From: Acidobacteriales bacterium 13_2_20CM_55_8
GTDB lineage: Bacteria; Acidobacteriota; Terriglobia; Terriglobales; Acidobacteriaceae
Assembly: GCA_001914815.1 (NCBI GenBank)
Contig: MNDG01000133.1
Coordinates: forward strand, 1 to 55,943
DNA length: 55,943 nt
Reading direction: 5' to 3'
Shown here: piece after piece, positions 18,409-28,992 of the stretch
Position numbering within the stretch: the first letter of the stretch is position 1
Layout: each line of letters starts with the position of its first letter
Translations under genes and position numbers: made by a program
Notes under the pieces: model-generated
Told to the model about the DNA's origin: nothing
The model's database searches: none
What the model saw: only the letters and a program-made list of their open reading frames with translations

Positions 18409-19377
18409 TTATGCACCTCGCATGGTCGAATGGTGATTCGGTGCAGCCGAATGCATGCCTTGTTTTGAACCAGCATCCCGGAGATATTGGGTAACGACCC
18501 GAGCAAAATCTGGAAATGCGATTTCGGGCTCCTCGATGTCAGAATGCCAAACCTTTTCCCATTCAAATGAGTAATAACCCTTGTAGCCGATTTTCACCAG
18601 CGCCTGGACTTGCTGTTTCACCGGAACCTGCCCACGACCTGTGAGCACATAGTGAACATCGTTGCCCTCTTTACGAGAATCCTTGAGGTGGGTGTGATGA
18701 ATGTATTTTCCAAGCTGACCTACAGTAAACGACGGGTCCTCTTTGCCGTCGACATAAGTATGATGTGCGTCCCAAAGCAGTCCAACGTGCTTCGAATTAG
18801 CTTGCTCCAGAATTGTGCGTAATGTCGGTGAATCGGTAAAGTCGCCGTGCGACTCGATCAGAACTGTGACATGTTTTGGACCAGCGTAATCACCAAGCTC
18901 ACGCAGAGATTTTGCAACCTTTTGGAGGGCCTGATCCCGGGGACCAACAATTTTGTTTCCGAAAACCCGTACATAAGGAACTCCTAGCGCGTGCGCCAGA
19001 TCAATGAACCGGCGGGCGTCGGCCAATTGCTCCTTGTGCTTCTTAGGATCGGTATCGTGCATATTGGCCGAGCTGCTCACGCATGAGATATGCAGGCCAT
19101 GGGCGGCAACCTCTTTCTTCGACTCGGCGACACGTCCGGGACCGAACTCAGGACGCGCAGGCAGATCCATGGTTCCTTGCAATCCGCGTAGCTCAATCGC
19201 ACCGAAGCCATGTTGCTGCGCAAAAGTGAGAATTTTGGCCCACTCCCAGCCCGGACAGCCAAGAGTCGAAAAGCCAATCGGCAATGACTTGCTTGCGGCC
19301 GCCGAGCCAAAAATGGGCCAGGCTGCCGCGACCATAGCTGAATTCTGGATGAACTGACGTCGAGTTAAATGCGTCAT
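18409..19377 (-). CDS. Tat-exported sugar phosphate isomerase/epimerase-like (xylose-isomerase-like TIM barrel) protein
   Basis: Twin-arginine signal (LTRRQFIQNSAMVAAA). The body resembles the AP-endonuclease-2/xylose-isomerase-like TIM-barrel family (GFGAIELRG..., HVTVLIESHGDF, WDAHHTY). Confidence 0.7.
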   Translation of the reverse strand: MTHLTRRQFIQNSAMVAAAWPIFGSAAASKSLPIGFSTLGCPGWEWAKILTFAQQHGFGAIELRGLQGTMDLPARPEFGPGRVAESKKEVAAHGLHISCVSSSANMHDTDPKKHKEQLADARRFIDLAHALGVPYVRVFGNKIVGPRDQALQKVAKSLRELGDYAGPKHVTVLIESHGDFTDSPTLRTILEQANSKHVGLLWDAHHTYVDGKEDPSFTVGQLGKYIHHTHLKDSRKEGNDVHYVLTGRGQVPVKQQVQALVKIGYKGYYSFEWEKVWHSDIEEPEIAFPDFARVVTQYLRDAGSKQGMHSAAPNHHSTMRGA

Positions 19378-19383
19378 GACCGA

Positions 19384-20592
19384 TCACCAGTTCCACATAG
19401 TTCCATCGAGCTTGCGGTTGACGGGCAAATAAGCGCGCTCATAAGGAAACTTGGCCGCTAACTTATCATCAAAATCCACTCCGTGCCCCGGCTTGTCCCC
19501 AGGATACAAATAGCCGCCCTTGAAATGATACGTATGCGGGAAGACGTCGTCCGTTTCTTTGGAATGCCGCATGTATTCCTGGATTCCAAAATTGCCCACA
19601 GAAATGTCGAAGTGCAAGGCCGCGCCCATAGTCACCGGCGAAAGGTCGGTTGCACCATGACTTCCAGTGCGCACGTGATACATATCTGCAAAAGCTGCGA
19701 TTTTCTTCAGCGGCGTGATACCGCCACCGCGGACCACGGTCATCCGCAAATAATCGATCAACTGCTCGGTAATTAAAACATTAGCATCCCACACTGTATC
19801 GAAGATTTCACCGACCGCTAAAGGCGTGGTGGTGTGTTGGCGAATGATGCGAAATCCCTGCTGCAGTTCCGCCGCTACGGGATCCTCCAACCAGAAAAGG
19901 CGGTACGGCTCCAGTTCCTTACCCAACCGGGCGGCCTCGATTGGGGTCAATCGATGGTGCGAGTCGTGCAGCAAGTGGATTTCATCGCCAAACTTTGCCC
20001 GAAGAGCCTTGAACAATTTCGGGACCTGCCTCAGGTATTTTTCCGTGGACCATACATTCTCAGGAGGCAATCCTTTTGCAGCCGGTTCGTAGAACATCTT
20101 GTCGTCGGACACGCCGTAGGTTGTGGGCAGGCCAGGGACTCCCGACTGTGCGCGGACTGCGAGATATCCCTGCTCAATATACTTAGCGACTTCATCAACC
20201 GTTTCTTCGATATCGCGGCCGTTGGCATGGCCGTAGACCATGACGCCAGTGCGGCTCTTGCCGCCTAACAGATTGTATAAGGGCGTATTTAATGCCTTGC
20301 CCTTGATGTCCCACAGCGCCATATCCACCGCGCCGATCGCGCTCATAGTGACCGGCCCTTTGCGCCAGTAAGCTCCACGATAGAGGTATTGCCACAGGTC
20401 TTCGGTCTGAAATGGATCTCGTCCGATGATGCAAGGGATCACATGGTCAGTGAGATAACTGGCTACCGCGAGCTCGCGGCCATTTAAGGTGCAATCTCCG
20501 AGGCCGTAGATTCCTTCATCGGTGTAAATCTTCAGCGTGACAAAATTTCTTCCTGGCGAGCAGACGAAGACCTTTGCATCCTTGATCTTCAT
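19384..20592 (-). CDS. manD: D-mannonate dehydratase of the enolase superfamily (ManD/RspA type)
   Basis: 402 aa. The N-terminus [47 protein letters not shown]...[15 protein letters not shown] and the length match ManD-subgroup enolase-superfamily proteins. A strong RBS (AAGGAGG) precedes the ATG. Confidence 0.8.
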   Translation of the reverse strand: MKIKDAKVFVCSPGRNFVTLKIYTDEGIYGLGDCTLNGRELAVASYLTDHVIPCIIGRDPFQTEDLWQYLYRGAYWRKGPVTMSAIGAVDMALWDIKGKALNTPLYNLLGGKSRTGVMVYGHANGRDIEETVDEVAKYIEQGYLAVRAQSGVPGLPTTYGVSDDKMFYEPAAKGLPPENVWSTEKYLRQVPKLFKALRAKFGDEIHLLHDSHHRLTPIEAARLGKELEPYRLFWLEDPVAAELQQGFRIIRQHTTTPLAVGEIFDTVWDANVLITEQLIDYLRMTVVRGGGITPLKKIAAFADMYHVRTGSHGATDLSPVTMGAALHFDISVGNFGIQEYMRHSKETDDVFPHTYHFKGGYLYPGDKPGHGVDFDDKLAAKFPYERAYLPVNRKLDGTMWNW

Positions 20593-20667
20593 CTACTCGC
20601 CTCCTTGATCACCCCAACGAGGATTCGCTTCAACGACAAGTCTCCGAATGGATCAGTGCGCGAGGAT

Positions 20668-21642
20668 TTACAGTGCCCCAGCTTTTTGCAGCGCGTCTTT
20701 CATTCCCTTCCAGCTTTCTATAGTGGACGCTTCCGGCGTACCGGCACCCCGCCAGTGGGTCTCCAGGCTTACAGCGTGGTGATAGGCGTCGCGCTTGAGC
20801 GCCTTGAACTGCCCGATCCAGTCGATAATTCCTCGCCCAATGGCTGCCCAGTCATAGCCATCCGCCTTCTTCACCACATCTTTGCAGTGGCAATGTCCAA
20901 TGCGATCCTTCGGCAGCAGATTGTAGCCCTCCGGATAAGGATTTTCGCCATGAGCCGCGGCGTTTCCGGGATCCCAGTTCAACATGAAATACCGTGATTT
21001 CACCGCATCCAGCACTCGTGCTGCTTCAGCTCCGGTCGCTGTGTTGCACGCATGCTCATTTTCCAAAACCAACGTCACGCCTTTCTTGCCAGCTTTGTTA
21101 GCGGCATCCTGCAACTTTTCGTTGATGGCGGCACGGTATGGTTTTTGATCGTCCAGTCTCCAGAAATCGAAGCAACGAACACGATCGGTCCCCAAGGTTT
21201 TAGCCAACTCGATGCCGCGATCGAGCACCTCACCTTGCTGATCAAATGTGAAGTCAGCATTGAACTGATCGCGTTTCGGGCTGAACTTCGACTTTGGAGC
21301 ACCAGGCCAATCCACTTTAAACAATGGACTCGCTATATCTGTGACCTGTAATTTGTTCTTTTTCAGTGTGCGGCTTGCTTCCGCGATTTCGCTTGAATCT
21401 AGCCTGAGTACGTTCTTGTCCCACAGGCTGCGCAGTTCGATCCACCTCATGCCGAGTTTTTGTGAGGCGACTTCGCACGCATGGCCAAAGTCCTGCGCAA
21501 TCTCGTCATTGATCACAGCAATTCGGAATGGTGATTTTGCGATATCCGGCGATTTAGGCATTTCCAGAGCCGGGAGTTTCACAGCGGCCGCCAGTGCAGC
21601 AGTCTTAGCGAGAAATTCACGACGCGAACCCCAAAACGGCAT
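20668..21642 (-). CDS. Tat-exported sugar phosphate isomerase/epimerase-like TIM-barrel protein
   Basis: Twin-arginine signal (GSRREFLAKTAALAAA) and a xylose-isomerase-like TIM-barrel pattern (VTLVLENEH, WDPGNA, HCHCKD). Confidence 0.7.
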   Translation of the reverse strand: MPFWGSRREFLAKTAALAAAVKLPALEMPKSPDIAKSPFRIAVINDEIAQDFGHACEVASQKLGMRWIELRSLWDKNVLRLDSSEIAEASRTLKKNKLQVTDIASPLFKVDWPGAPKSKFSPKRDQFNADFTFDQQGEVLDRGIELAKTLGTDRVRCFDFWRLDDQKPYRAAINEKLQDAANKAGKKGVTLVLENEHACNTATGAEAARVLDAVKSRYFMLNWDPGNAAAHGENPYPEGYNLLPKDRIGHCHCKDVVKKADGYDWAAIGRGIIDWIGQFKALKRDAYHHAVSLETHWRGAGTPEASTIESWKGMKDALQKAGAL

Positions 21643-21689
21643 TCAGACTCCTGCCTCGCAAGGGAACTTGTAACTATACGATGCACACG

Positions 21690-23270
21690 TCAGAGTAGCT
21701 TCTGGTCCGCCTTGTCAAATTGCGTATCCGGCAGTGGCTTGCTGTTATGAACGCTAAAATTCTCCACATTCTTGAGAACGAAGGTTGGAACTTCGGGTGC
21801 CTGCGCGACCTTGATGTGAGTAAAGTCCGCTCCCTGGACATCCTCGAGCGAAAATCCCGGCCTGAGATCTTGCTCCATAGGCTTCACTTCGATGTCGTGC
21901 ATCTCGATACTCTTCACGTGGCGAATGTAAAAGGCGTGAACCGGCATGGCTCCGAATCGACTAGGTTCAGGATAAACATCCTCCAGTTCCGGTGGTCGGA
22001 TCGCAGCGTCCTCTTTTCTGCCGCCACCCTGATGAAGGACATAAATGTCGCTCAACTTCACATCTTCGATGGAATGCCCGGGAATACCAGTGATGATCGC
22101 AGCCTGCCGCGAAGCGCAATTCGATACGATGACATTGCTGATCCTCACACGACGCAATTCGCCAATGGGTGTCCCTTGAGGACCACGCATGCGCCTGCCT
22201 AGCCGGAGAAACATTGGCACGTCCGTAATATCCCGCATGGTGATGTTGCTAATTGACACATCTTCGAGGTGTGCGCCGTCCACCGCCTCGAGAGCCAAGC
22301 CGCGGCAATCTTCGACTACACAATTGGAAACAGTAATATTCCGGAAACCACCGTTGCTCTCAGTCCCAAACTTGATGCGCCCGTTGCGCGGGGCCTCGCC
22401 AATGCGTTTATAGGTCGCGTCGAGCATCGTGCCTTCCTCGTATCCACCAGTAACGTAACAGTTACATATCGTGACGTGGTCGGTGAACCGCGCTAAGCCC
22501 AGTCCATAGGAACTCTTCAGACAAATTCCGTCGTCCCACGGTGAGTTGATGCTGCAATTTGAAATCCGCACATTGCGACAACAGTCGACATCGATGGCAT
22601 CGCGATTTGTATCGATCCTAAGATTGTCGATGGTGAGATTGTCCACGCCGGTCGCGAGAATGGCGAAATGCCCACCGTGCAGGATCGAAACGTCGCGAAG
22701 AGTAACGTTGCGACAATTCTTGAGGCTAATAGATTTGTTGCCGACACCAGCGGCGAGGGCGGTGTCTCCTTCACCTCTGCTCAAGCCCTTTCCCCAAATC
22801 AGTCCCGGCCCAAGGATAGACAGATTTTCGATACCCTCTCCCCAGAGTAGGCTATTGCGCCAATGGCTATGGCCGAAGTCCTGAAACTTGTCCCAGGAGT
22901 TTGGCTCCGGTGGATCGTACCCGCCACCGCCGCCTTGCGCGGGCGAAGCGGCCACAATGGTAGCTCCGGGATCGAGCAACAAGACAATATTGCTCTTGAG
23001 ATGGACTGAGTAGCACAAATACGCGCCCGCTGAGAACCGAACAATGCCGCCACCGGCAGCCGCCGCCACTTCAATTGCTTTGTTGACCGCCGGCGTATCG
23101 AGCGTCTTACCATCCCCCTTGGCGCCGAATACTCTCACATGGTAATGACCGGCGGCCGCCGGCGCGTGGTTTCCTTCCGCGCCCGCCAAAGACGCAGGTG
23201 CGCCTAGCCCGACAATCCCCGCTCCTGTCATCTTCAGGAAATTTCGTCGTGCCACATCCTCAGTGAACAT
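21690..23270 (-). CDS. Tat-exported glycoside hydrolase family 28-like protein (polygalacturonase/rhamnogalacturonase-type right-handed beta-helix)
   Basis: Twin-arginine signal (ARRNFLKMTGAGIVGLG), an N-terminal pectate-lyase-3-like segment (VRVFGAKGDGKTLDTPAVNKAIE...GGGIVRFSAGAYL) and repeated beta-helix coils with NRDAIDVD/WDDGICLKS motifs. Confidence 0.7.
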   Translation of the reverse strand: MFTEDVARRNFLKMTGAGIVGLGAPASLAGAEGNHAPAAAGHYHVRVFGAKGDGKTLDTPAVNKAIEVAAAAGGGIVRFSAGAYLCYSVHLKSNIVLLLDPGATIVAASPAQGGGGGYDPPEPNSWDKFQDFGHSHWRNSLLWGEGIENLSILGPGLIWGKGLSRGEGDTALAAGVGNKSISLKNCRNVTLRDVSILHGGHFAILATGVDNLTIDNLRIDTNRDAIDVDCCRNVRISNCSINSPWDDGICLKSSYGLGLARFTDHVTICNCYVTGGYEEGTMLDATYKRIGEAPRNGRIKFGTESNGGFRNITVSNCVVEDCRGLALEAVDGAHLEDVSISNITMRDITDVPMFLRLGRRMRGPQGTPIGELRRVRISNVIVSNCASRQAAIITGIPGHSIEDVKLSDIYVLHQGGGRKEDAAIRPPELEDVYPEPSRFGAMPVHAFYIRHVKSIEMHDIEVKPMEQDLRPGFSLEDVQGADFTHIKVAQAPEVPTFVLKNVENFSVHNSKPLPDTQFDKADQKLL

Positions 23271-23509
23271 TGGTTCATCTCCGATTCACTTGTTCCCGGT
23301 CCCGCGATGTTGTCAGCGTCAAGCTTTAGCGTAGAAATCCCACGCGCAAGCCATCACGCAAAGCAACAGAACATGGACCAGCATTGGCCCGCAGACTATA
23401 GAAACCGGCTCGCCAGTGTGTCAAACCACAAAAAGTAAAGTCGAAATTCAGTCAGGCTCAATTGAACATGCCGCGGTCCAGCGGTGCATTATCATGATTC
23501 CATCAAAGT

Positions 23510-24535
23510 ATGGCAATCCACATCGGTCTGATTGGTGGCGGAAATATCACGGAGACACACGCCCGCGCGGCGCGTGCGATTCCGGGCGTCGAGATTGCCG
23601 CAATTTACGGTACAAATGCGGAGAAGGTGGATCGCCTCTGCAAGGAATACAGAGGAACGCGGTATGAGAACTTCGACAAATTCCTCGCGCACCGCCCGAT
23701 GGACCTGGTTGCAATAGGAAGTCCGTCCGGTCTGCACGCGACTCAGGGTATTGCGGCGGCCCAACGCGGTCTGCATGTGTTGACCGAAAAGCCGATCGAC
23801 ATCAGCACCGAACGCGCTGATGCGCTGATCGAGGCGGCAGACCGCAACCGCGTAAAACTTGGGTTGATTTTTCAAGACCGGCTAAAACCGGACATCTGCA
23901 GACTCAAACAGTGGGTTGCGGGTGGCGTGATTGGCAAGCCCATGCTCGCGGATGCGCACGTGAAATGGTATCGGCCTCCTGACTATTACAGCAATTCGAG
24001 GTGGCGCGGAACATTGTCGCTCGATGGCGGCGGTGCACTGATAAACCAGGGCGTCCATACCGTTGATTTGCTGCTTTGGCTGTTCGGCGACGTCACTCGT
24101 GTCCAGGCGCGCACCTCCACGGCGCTGCATGCGATTGAGGCTGAAGACACTGCTGTCGCAATCCTCGAGTTCTCTAGCGGTGCGCTTGGCGTTCTGCAGG
24201 CGACTACCGCTGCTTACCCGGGATATCCGCGTCGACTCGAAATCACTGGCTCGGAAGGCACAGTCATTCTTGAGCACGATCGAATTGTGGCGGCAGATTT
24301 GCGGAAACCTCCTGCGAGCATCAAGGTTGACATTGCCCGGGACCAAAATCAGAGTTCTTCGTCTCCGGTCGTAAGCGACGTCCGCGGGCATCAGGCTGTG
24401 TTTGAGGATTTCATTCAAGCCATTCAACACGATAGGATGCCGGTATGCGATGGTCGCGAGGGCCGACGAAGTTTGGCCGTGATCGAAGCAATCTATCGCT
24501 CTGCACAGAAGTCGGACAGAGTGGTCGATGTGTGA
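23510..24535 (+). CDS. Cytoplasmic Gfo/Idh/MocA-family oxidoreductase
   Basis: 341 aa with the Rossmann start MAIHIGLIGGGNITETHARA and the EKP motif (LTEKPID). Confidence 0.8.
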   Translation: MAIHIGLIGGGNITETHARAARAIPGVEIAAIYGTNAEKVDRLCKEYRGTRYENFDKFLAHRPMDLVAIGSPSGLHATQGIAAAQRGLHVLTEKPIDISTERADALIEAADRNRVKLGLIFQDRLKPDICRLKQWVAGGVIGKPMLADAHVKWYRPPDYYSNSRWRGTLSLDGGGALINQGVHTVDLLLWLFGDVTRVQARTSTALHAIEAEDTAVAILEFSSGALGVLQATTAAYPGYPRRLEITGSEGTVILEHDRIVAADLRKPPASIKVDIARDQNQSSSSPVVSDVRGHQAVFEDFIQAIQHDRMPVCDGREGRRSLAVIEAIYRSAQKSDRVVDV

Positions 24536-24545
24536 GGAACGAGGT

Positions 24546-25520
24546 CTAGTGTCCCTCATAACCTAGGCGCCGCGCACAATCCTGCAAAATTTGCGCCTCC
24601 CATGTGGGGCGTTTGGGATTCTTTGGGTGGGTCGAATCGCTGGGTATACGCCCAAACAGATGCAAGAACACCGCGGCGGAATGTTTGTAAGCCGGAACCG
24701 GCTCCCGAAAAGCCACATTGCCCAGATACTGCAGCGCATCGGAGATCGCGTAATAGTCAGGGTCACCGCTCTCCCACAGTTGGTCACGCTCGGCGAATTT
24801 TTCCGGGGCGAAAGTTGCCAGCCCGAGCAGATAATCCGATCCATACTCAATCATGTCGATACCCAGATCGTTTCCCGTATAAATACGGAAATCCGGCCGA
24901 TGGTTGTCGCGGAGAGCGAGGCGCTCGAGCTCGAGTGGGCGGTCAAGTGAGGAATGCTTTATCCCCTTAATTTCCGGAATATCCATTAGCCGTCGCACAG
25001 TTTCTTCGTCAAAAATTTCGCCGTTCGGAGCGAACACTGGGCCCAATTCAAAAGCCAGCACATGCGGATATCCGCGGCACGCGGATTGATAAACCGCCGC
25101 TTTCTCTCTGGCGGGCGTGCCGCGCAAACGAACGGTCTGGAACAAAATAGGGATTCCCCTGAAACTTACGATGGAGTCGATCTGCCGTCGGTAAAGAGCG
25201 ACTACGGCACCCGCTCGATCTTCGATGTACGCTCCCGCCACAAAGGGCACATCTTTTCCTAGTGCCTCTCGCGTCCATCGGAGCACGTCTTGCTTTTCAG
25301 CATCAGTCAGGTAGTTCACGTAGCCGGTATCCATATTGACAGCGTTCATTAATCCGGCACGATGCGTCGCGACCAAATGCTGTTGAAATGCTTCCACGGC
25401 CACGCTCCCGTCTGACTCATATGGCAGCAGGGTCGCTGCGATGCCGTGCGCCTTGCGACGAAGCCTGCGTCGTTGAACTAGAGACTCGATGCTCGCAGGG
25501 TCACTGATGCCAGGTTTCAT
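24546..25520 (-). CDS. Dihydrodipicolinate synthase/N-acetylneuraminate lyase-family (class I aldolase-like) protein, diverged
   Basis: 324-aa ORF whose layout resembles the DHDPS family (LLPYESDGSVAVEAFQQHLV...AVNMDTGYVNYLTDAEKQDVL...VPFVAGA). The assignment is tentative. Confidence 0.5.
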   Translation of the reverse strand: MKPGISDPASIESLVQRRRLRRKAHGIAATLLPYESDGSVAVEAFQQHLVATHRAGLMNAVNMDTGYVNYLTDAEKQDVLRWTREALGKDVPFVAGAYIEDRAGAVVALYRRQIDSIVSFRGIPILFQTVRLRGTPAREKAAVYQSACRGYPHVLAFELGPVFAPNGEIFDEETVRRLMDIPEIKGIKHSSLDRPLELERLALRDNHRPDFRIYTGNDLGIDMIEYGSDYLLGLATFAPEKFAERDQLWESGDPDYYAISDALQYLGNVAFREPVPAYKHSAAVFLHLFGRIPSDSTHPKNPKRPTWEAQILQDCARRLGYEGH

Positions 25521-25565
25521 TCCGATTGATCCTCAACTTAGTAGGCACTCGTCTCGCACGGTGAG

Positions 25566-27029
25566 TTAGTGCTTCTTCAAACTGCTTAGCCTCTCCGCGA
25601 ATTCAGAAGTCTTGTAGTAACTGTCCAGCGGATAACATCCAGACGGCAACCCGTTGCGCGGCGCAGTCGTGCAATCACTAAACGTTCTGCAGATTCGCTT
25701 GTGTTGGATCGTCTTCCCTTCGGTTGCATCCCAGAGCAGCTCAGGATAGGTCAATACCATCCGTCCCAGCCCAATCATGTCGACCCATCCCTGCCGGACG
25801 GCGGCCTGCGCCACATTCGGCAGAAAATCTTGGAGGTAGCTATACGCCGATCCCACAAAAATCAAATTTGGAAAACGCTGTTTCAACTGCCGCGTGGCTT
25901 CCATCTGCCGAGCCACACCGATCAGAGGATCCTCCGGCGGCTGATATCCATCGGAAGGTGGATACAGCGCGGGCCGTTGAATGTGAGGATTGTAATAAGG
26001 GCTCCCGGCGGTGATATTGACCAGCCGGATGTCCAACTCCTCTAGCAGAGACAGAAAGCGAATCGTTTCGGTTAGATCCTGTTCAGTCGGAGCGAGCGGG
26101 TTTACACCGAATCCCCAGCGGTACGGAATCAAGCTCTCGGATTTTTCAGGAATTCCAGTACCATGCTTTCCGTTGGACGAGCGCTGGGGATCAGACAAGA
26201 AAGGAATCGTATCGAACGCTGAAAGCCGCACACCAATATGTAGTCCCGGAGCGAGGGAACGAATCCCCTGTACAACCTCCCGCAGAAATCGAGTGCGGTT
26301 CTCAAAACTGCCGCCATAACGCCCGTCCCGTGTATGAGCGCCCAGAAATTCGTGGCCCAGATAACCATGGCAATGTTTGATGTCCACAAAGTTGAATCCC
26401 AAATGCCAAGCCAGCCACGCTGCGCGATGGAAATTCGCAACAATCTCCCCAATTTCTGCGTCTGTCAGTAAGGGATAATCATCCGGCAAACCCAATCGAC
26501 GGTCCAATATCGGATGATGAAACAGAATGCGCGGTTCGATGCGACCATGGGCATTCGGTCGGCTGTAACGCCCCGAATGCGTCAACTGGAGCCCGATCAT
26601 CAATCCATCGTCTGAACCTGTCGTTCGCCGATGTTCCTCTACCAATACAGATCGTAGACAGTGCAATCCTTCACGCGTGTGTTTTGCCGCCAAGAGTTGA
26701 TTTGGATTGGCGCGTCCTTCATGAGTGACCGCGACGGCTTCTCCACCCCAGATCAATTTCGCTCCACTGCGCCCGAATCGCTGCCAGCGCCGGATCGTGC
26801 TCTCGGTGGGGTTTCCGTCTGGCGAACCGTCCCAGCCTTCCATGGGCTGCACCGCGATGCGATTGCCGATTTTGATTTCACCCTTGACCAGCGGCCAACG
26901 CAGTGGAGATTCCGGCCCATACGCCAGTTCTCGCTCGCACGGGATATTCAGATGGAGCGATTGCAGATGCTGTTCAAAACGCGCGATGTCCTTTACGGCT
27001 CCGAGCCGAAGAATCGGTTGCGCGCTCAT
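25566..27029 (-). CDS. NADH:flavin oxidoreductase (Old Yellow Enzyme family)
   Basis: OYE-like motifs are present ([52 protein letters not shown]). I chose ATG 27029 with a GGAAGG RBS. The ORF-track start at 27164 would overlap the divergent cupin gene. Confidence 0.75.
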   Translation of the reverse strand: MSAQPILRLGAVKDIARFEQHLQSLHLNIPCERELAYGPESPLRWPLVKGEIKIGNRIAVQPMEGWDGSPDGNPTESTIRRWQRFGRSGAKLIWGGEAVAVTHEGRANPNQLLAAKHTREGLHCLRSVLVEEHRRTTGSDDGLMIGLQLTHSGRYSRPNAHGRIEPRILFHHPILDRRLGLPDDYPLLTDAEIGEIVANFHRAAWLAWHLGFNFVDIKHCHGYLGHEFLGAHTRDGRYGGSFENRTRFLREVVQGIRSLAPGLHIGVRLSAFDTIPFLSDPQRSSNGKHGTGIPEKSESLIPYRWGFGVNPLAPTEQDLTETIRFLSLLEELDIRLVNITAGSPYYNPHIQRPALYPPSDGYQPPEDPLIGVARQMEATRQLKQRFPNLIFVGSAYSYLQDFLPNVAQAAVRQGWVDMIGLGRMVLTYPELLWDATEGKTIQHKRICRTFSDCTTAPRNGLPSGCYPLDSYYKTSEFAERLSSLKKH

Positions 27030-27182
27030 GCGGCCTTCCGGAGGTCTGGCGACACATTCATTGCTTAATTCGGCGATGCTGTAGCTACGGCTCTGAAGTT
27101 TACTCCACGTCTGTGGCCGGAACTCGGCAGGCTGTCTGTTATGATGCCGCCGGATTTCGAACATCCCCGCACGAGGTCATTT

Positions 27183-27626
27183 ATGCCGACAACCCGACGT
27201 GAAATGTGTCTTCTTCTCGCCGCCGGATCTTTTCCGGCTGCTATTGGATTAGCAGTTTTTGCCACGGAAGACAATTCGTTGCCTTCAGCGACATACTCAT
27301 TTGACAAATTGCCGGTGAACGTTTCAAACAATGCTCAGATTCGCCCGATTTTGAAGGGTAAGCTTGCCACAGGCGAATTGCTTGAAGCGCACGAAACCAC
27401 TTTGCCTCCTGGCGGCATGCCGCACCCTCCGCACCATCATATGCACTCGGAGATGTGGCTCGTTCGTGAGGGAACCGTCGAACTCACAATTAACGGCGCT
27501 GGCCATGTCATCGGGCCCGGCGGGTTGGGATTCGTCCACTCCAATGACGAACATGGGATCAAAAATATTGGCACGAATCCGGCCACGTACTTTGTCGTAG
27601 CCGTTGGCCCCGGCGCGGGCTCGTGA
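27183..27626 (+). CDS. Exported cupin-domain protein
   Basis: Tat-like N-terminus (MPTTRREMCLLLAAGSFPAAIGLAVFA) and a cupin metal motif (HPPHHHMHSEMWLVREGTVELTING...HGIKN). A GAGG RBS precedes ATG 27183. Confidence 0.7.
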   Translation: MPTTRREMCLLLAAGSFPAAIGLAVFATEDNSLPSATYSFDKLPVNVSNNAQIRPILKGKLATGELLEAHETTLPPGGMPHPPHHHMHSEMWLVREGTVELTINGAGHVIGPGGLGFVHSNDEHGIKNIGTNPATYFVVAVGPGAGS

Positions 27627-27636
27627 TCTCGTCGCT

Positions 27637-28959
27637 ATGAACCGAGCCGTCCAAACCACGCCATTACCGCCGGATTCGGACCTCAGCAGCAAAGTCCCCC
27701 GCAGGCGCTGGGGAATTGCCTGGCTGCTGGGATTTGGAGTGCTGGTTAACTACTTCGATCGCGTCAACTTGTCTGTCTCGCAGGCCGCTTTGCATAGCGA
27801 GTTCGGAATCTCCACCGTCACATTCGGTTATTTACTGAGTGCCTACAGTTGGACGTATGCTCTGCTCCAAATGCCGTCAGGTCTATTGCTGGACCGCTTT
27901 GGAGTACGCCTGGTCGGCCGTATCAGCACTATTCTCTGGAGCGTGGCTTCCTTCGGAGCAGCGATTTCCACCGCAATCAGCGGCTTCTTTGCCGCGCGCC
28001 TTCTACTTGGGATAGGGGAAGCTCCAACTTTCCCAGCCAATGCGAAAGCAATCGGATACTGGTTTCCTAAACAAGAGAGAAGCCTGGCGACCGCAATTTT
28101 TGACGCAGCCGCAAAATTTGCTTCTGCGATCGGAGTGCCCTTGATTGGCATCCTGCTGCTGCATTTTGGTTGGCGATGGAGTTTCGCAGCGACTGGGTTC
28201 ATTAGTCTCCTTTATTTTGCGCTCTTCTATGTGTTTTACCGGAACCCGAGCGAAGACAAATCGCTGACCATCGCGGAGCGGGAGTTCATCGCGCGAGGCG
28301 GCGCACAACCGGAAGATCGGATTGAGGCTTCCAAAGGCGCTCCGCTTGGTTATTTACTCCGGCAGCGGGAAGTGTTGGGGCTGGCTCTCGGCTTTGCTTC
28401 CTATAATTACAGCTTTTATTTGCTTCTGACGTGGCTGCCGAGCTATCTCTCTGTGACCCACCATGTTGACTTGCTCCATTCTGTCCTGTATACCAGCGCG
28501 CCTTGGCTGTTCGCCACATTCACGGATTTGCTGGTGGGTGGATGGCTGGTTGACGCGCTCGTTCAACGAGGCTTGAACCCGATACGTGTTCGCCAGGCTG
28601 TACTTATCGGAGGAACTATTCTTGGGCTCGGAATATTTGGCGCTGCCACTGCGCACACACCCTTAGCCGCGCTGTTTTGGATCAGCCTGTCTTTGGGCGG
28701 ATTGGCCGCAGCCGCGCCGGTCGGATGGTCGATCCCTTCTTTGATCGCTCCACGGGAAAGTGTCGGCACGCTAGGCGGAATCATTAATTTTTGTAATCAG
28801 CTTTCGGCAATCGCCGCTCCGATTCTTACCGGCTATATCGTTCAGGCGACGCATTCCTTCTCGGGAGCATTCGTAGCCGCGGCAGCGTTTCTGCTTCTTG
28901 GGATCGCGGGTTACGTATTTCTGCTCGGAAGAATGGAGCCGATACCGGATCCAGTGTAA
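27637..28959 (+). CDS. MFS transporter (anion:cation symporter type, sugar-acid transporter-like)
   Basis: About 440 aa and multi-TM, with MFS motifs (LLDRFGVRLV, GIGEAPTFPANAKAIGYWFPKQERSLA). The start, ATG 27637, follows the cupin stop at 27626. Confidence 0.8.
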   Translation: MNRAVQTTPLPPDSDLSSKVPRRRWGIAWLLGFGVLVNYFDRVNLSVSQAALHSEFGISTVTFGYLLSAYSWTYALLQMPSGLLLDRFGVRLVGRISTILWSVASFGAAISTAISGFFAARLLLGIGEAPTFPANAKAIGYWFPKQERSLATAIFDAAAKFASAIGVPLIGILLLHFGWRWSFAATGFISLLYFALFYVFYRNPSEDKSLTIAEREFIARGGAQPEDRIEASKGAPLGYLLRQREVLGLALGFASYNYSFYLLLTWLPSYLSVTHHVDLLHSVLYTSAPWLFATFTDLLVGGWLVDALVQRGLNPIRVRQAVLIGGTILGLGIFGAATAHTPLAALFWISLSLGGLAAAAPVGWSIPSLIAPRESVGTLGGIINFCNQLSAIAAPILTGYIVQATHSFSGAFVAAAAFLLLGIAGYVFLLGRMEPIPDPV

Positions 28960-28992
28960 AACGAATAAGAACATCCAAAGAACGGTGCTGCT

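Noticed and set aside
23882-24559. 225-aa minus-strand ORF inside the Gfo/Idh/MocA gene
   Set aside because: It is an antisense shadow of a gene with clear Rossmann and EKP motifs.
27030-27164. N-terminal 45-codon extension of the OYE-family ORF, and the 27141 start of the cupin ORF
   Set aside because: The extensions would make the two divergent genes overlap head-to-head. Internal ATGs at 27029 and 27183 have RBS-like sequences and give sensible N-termini.
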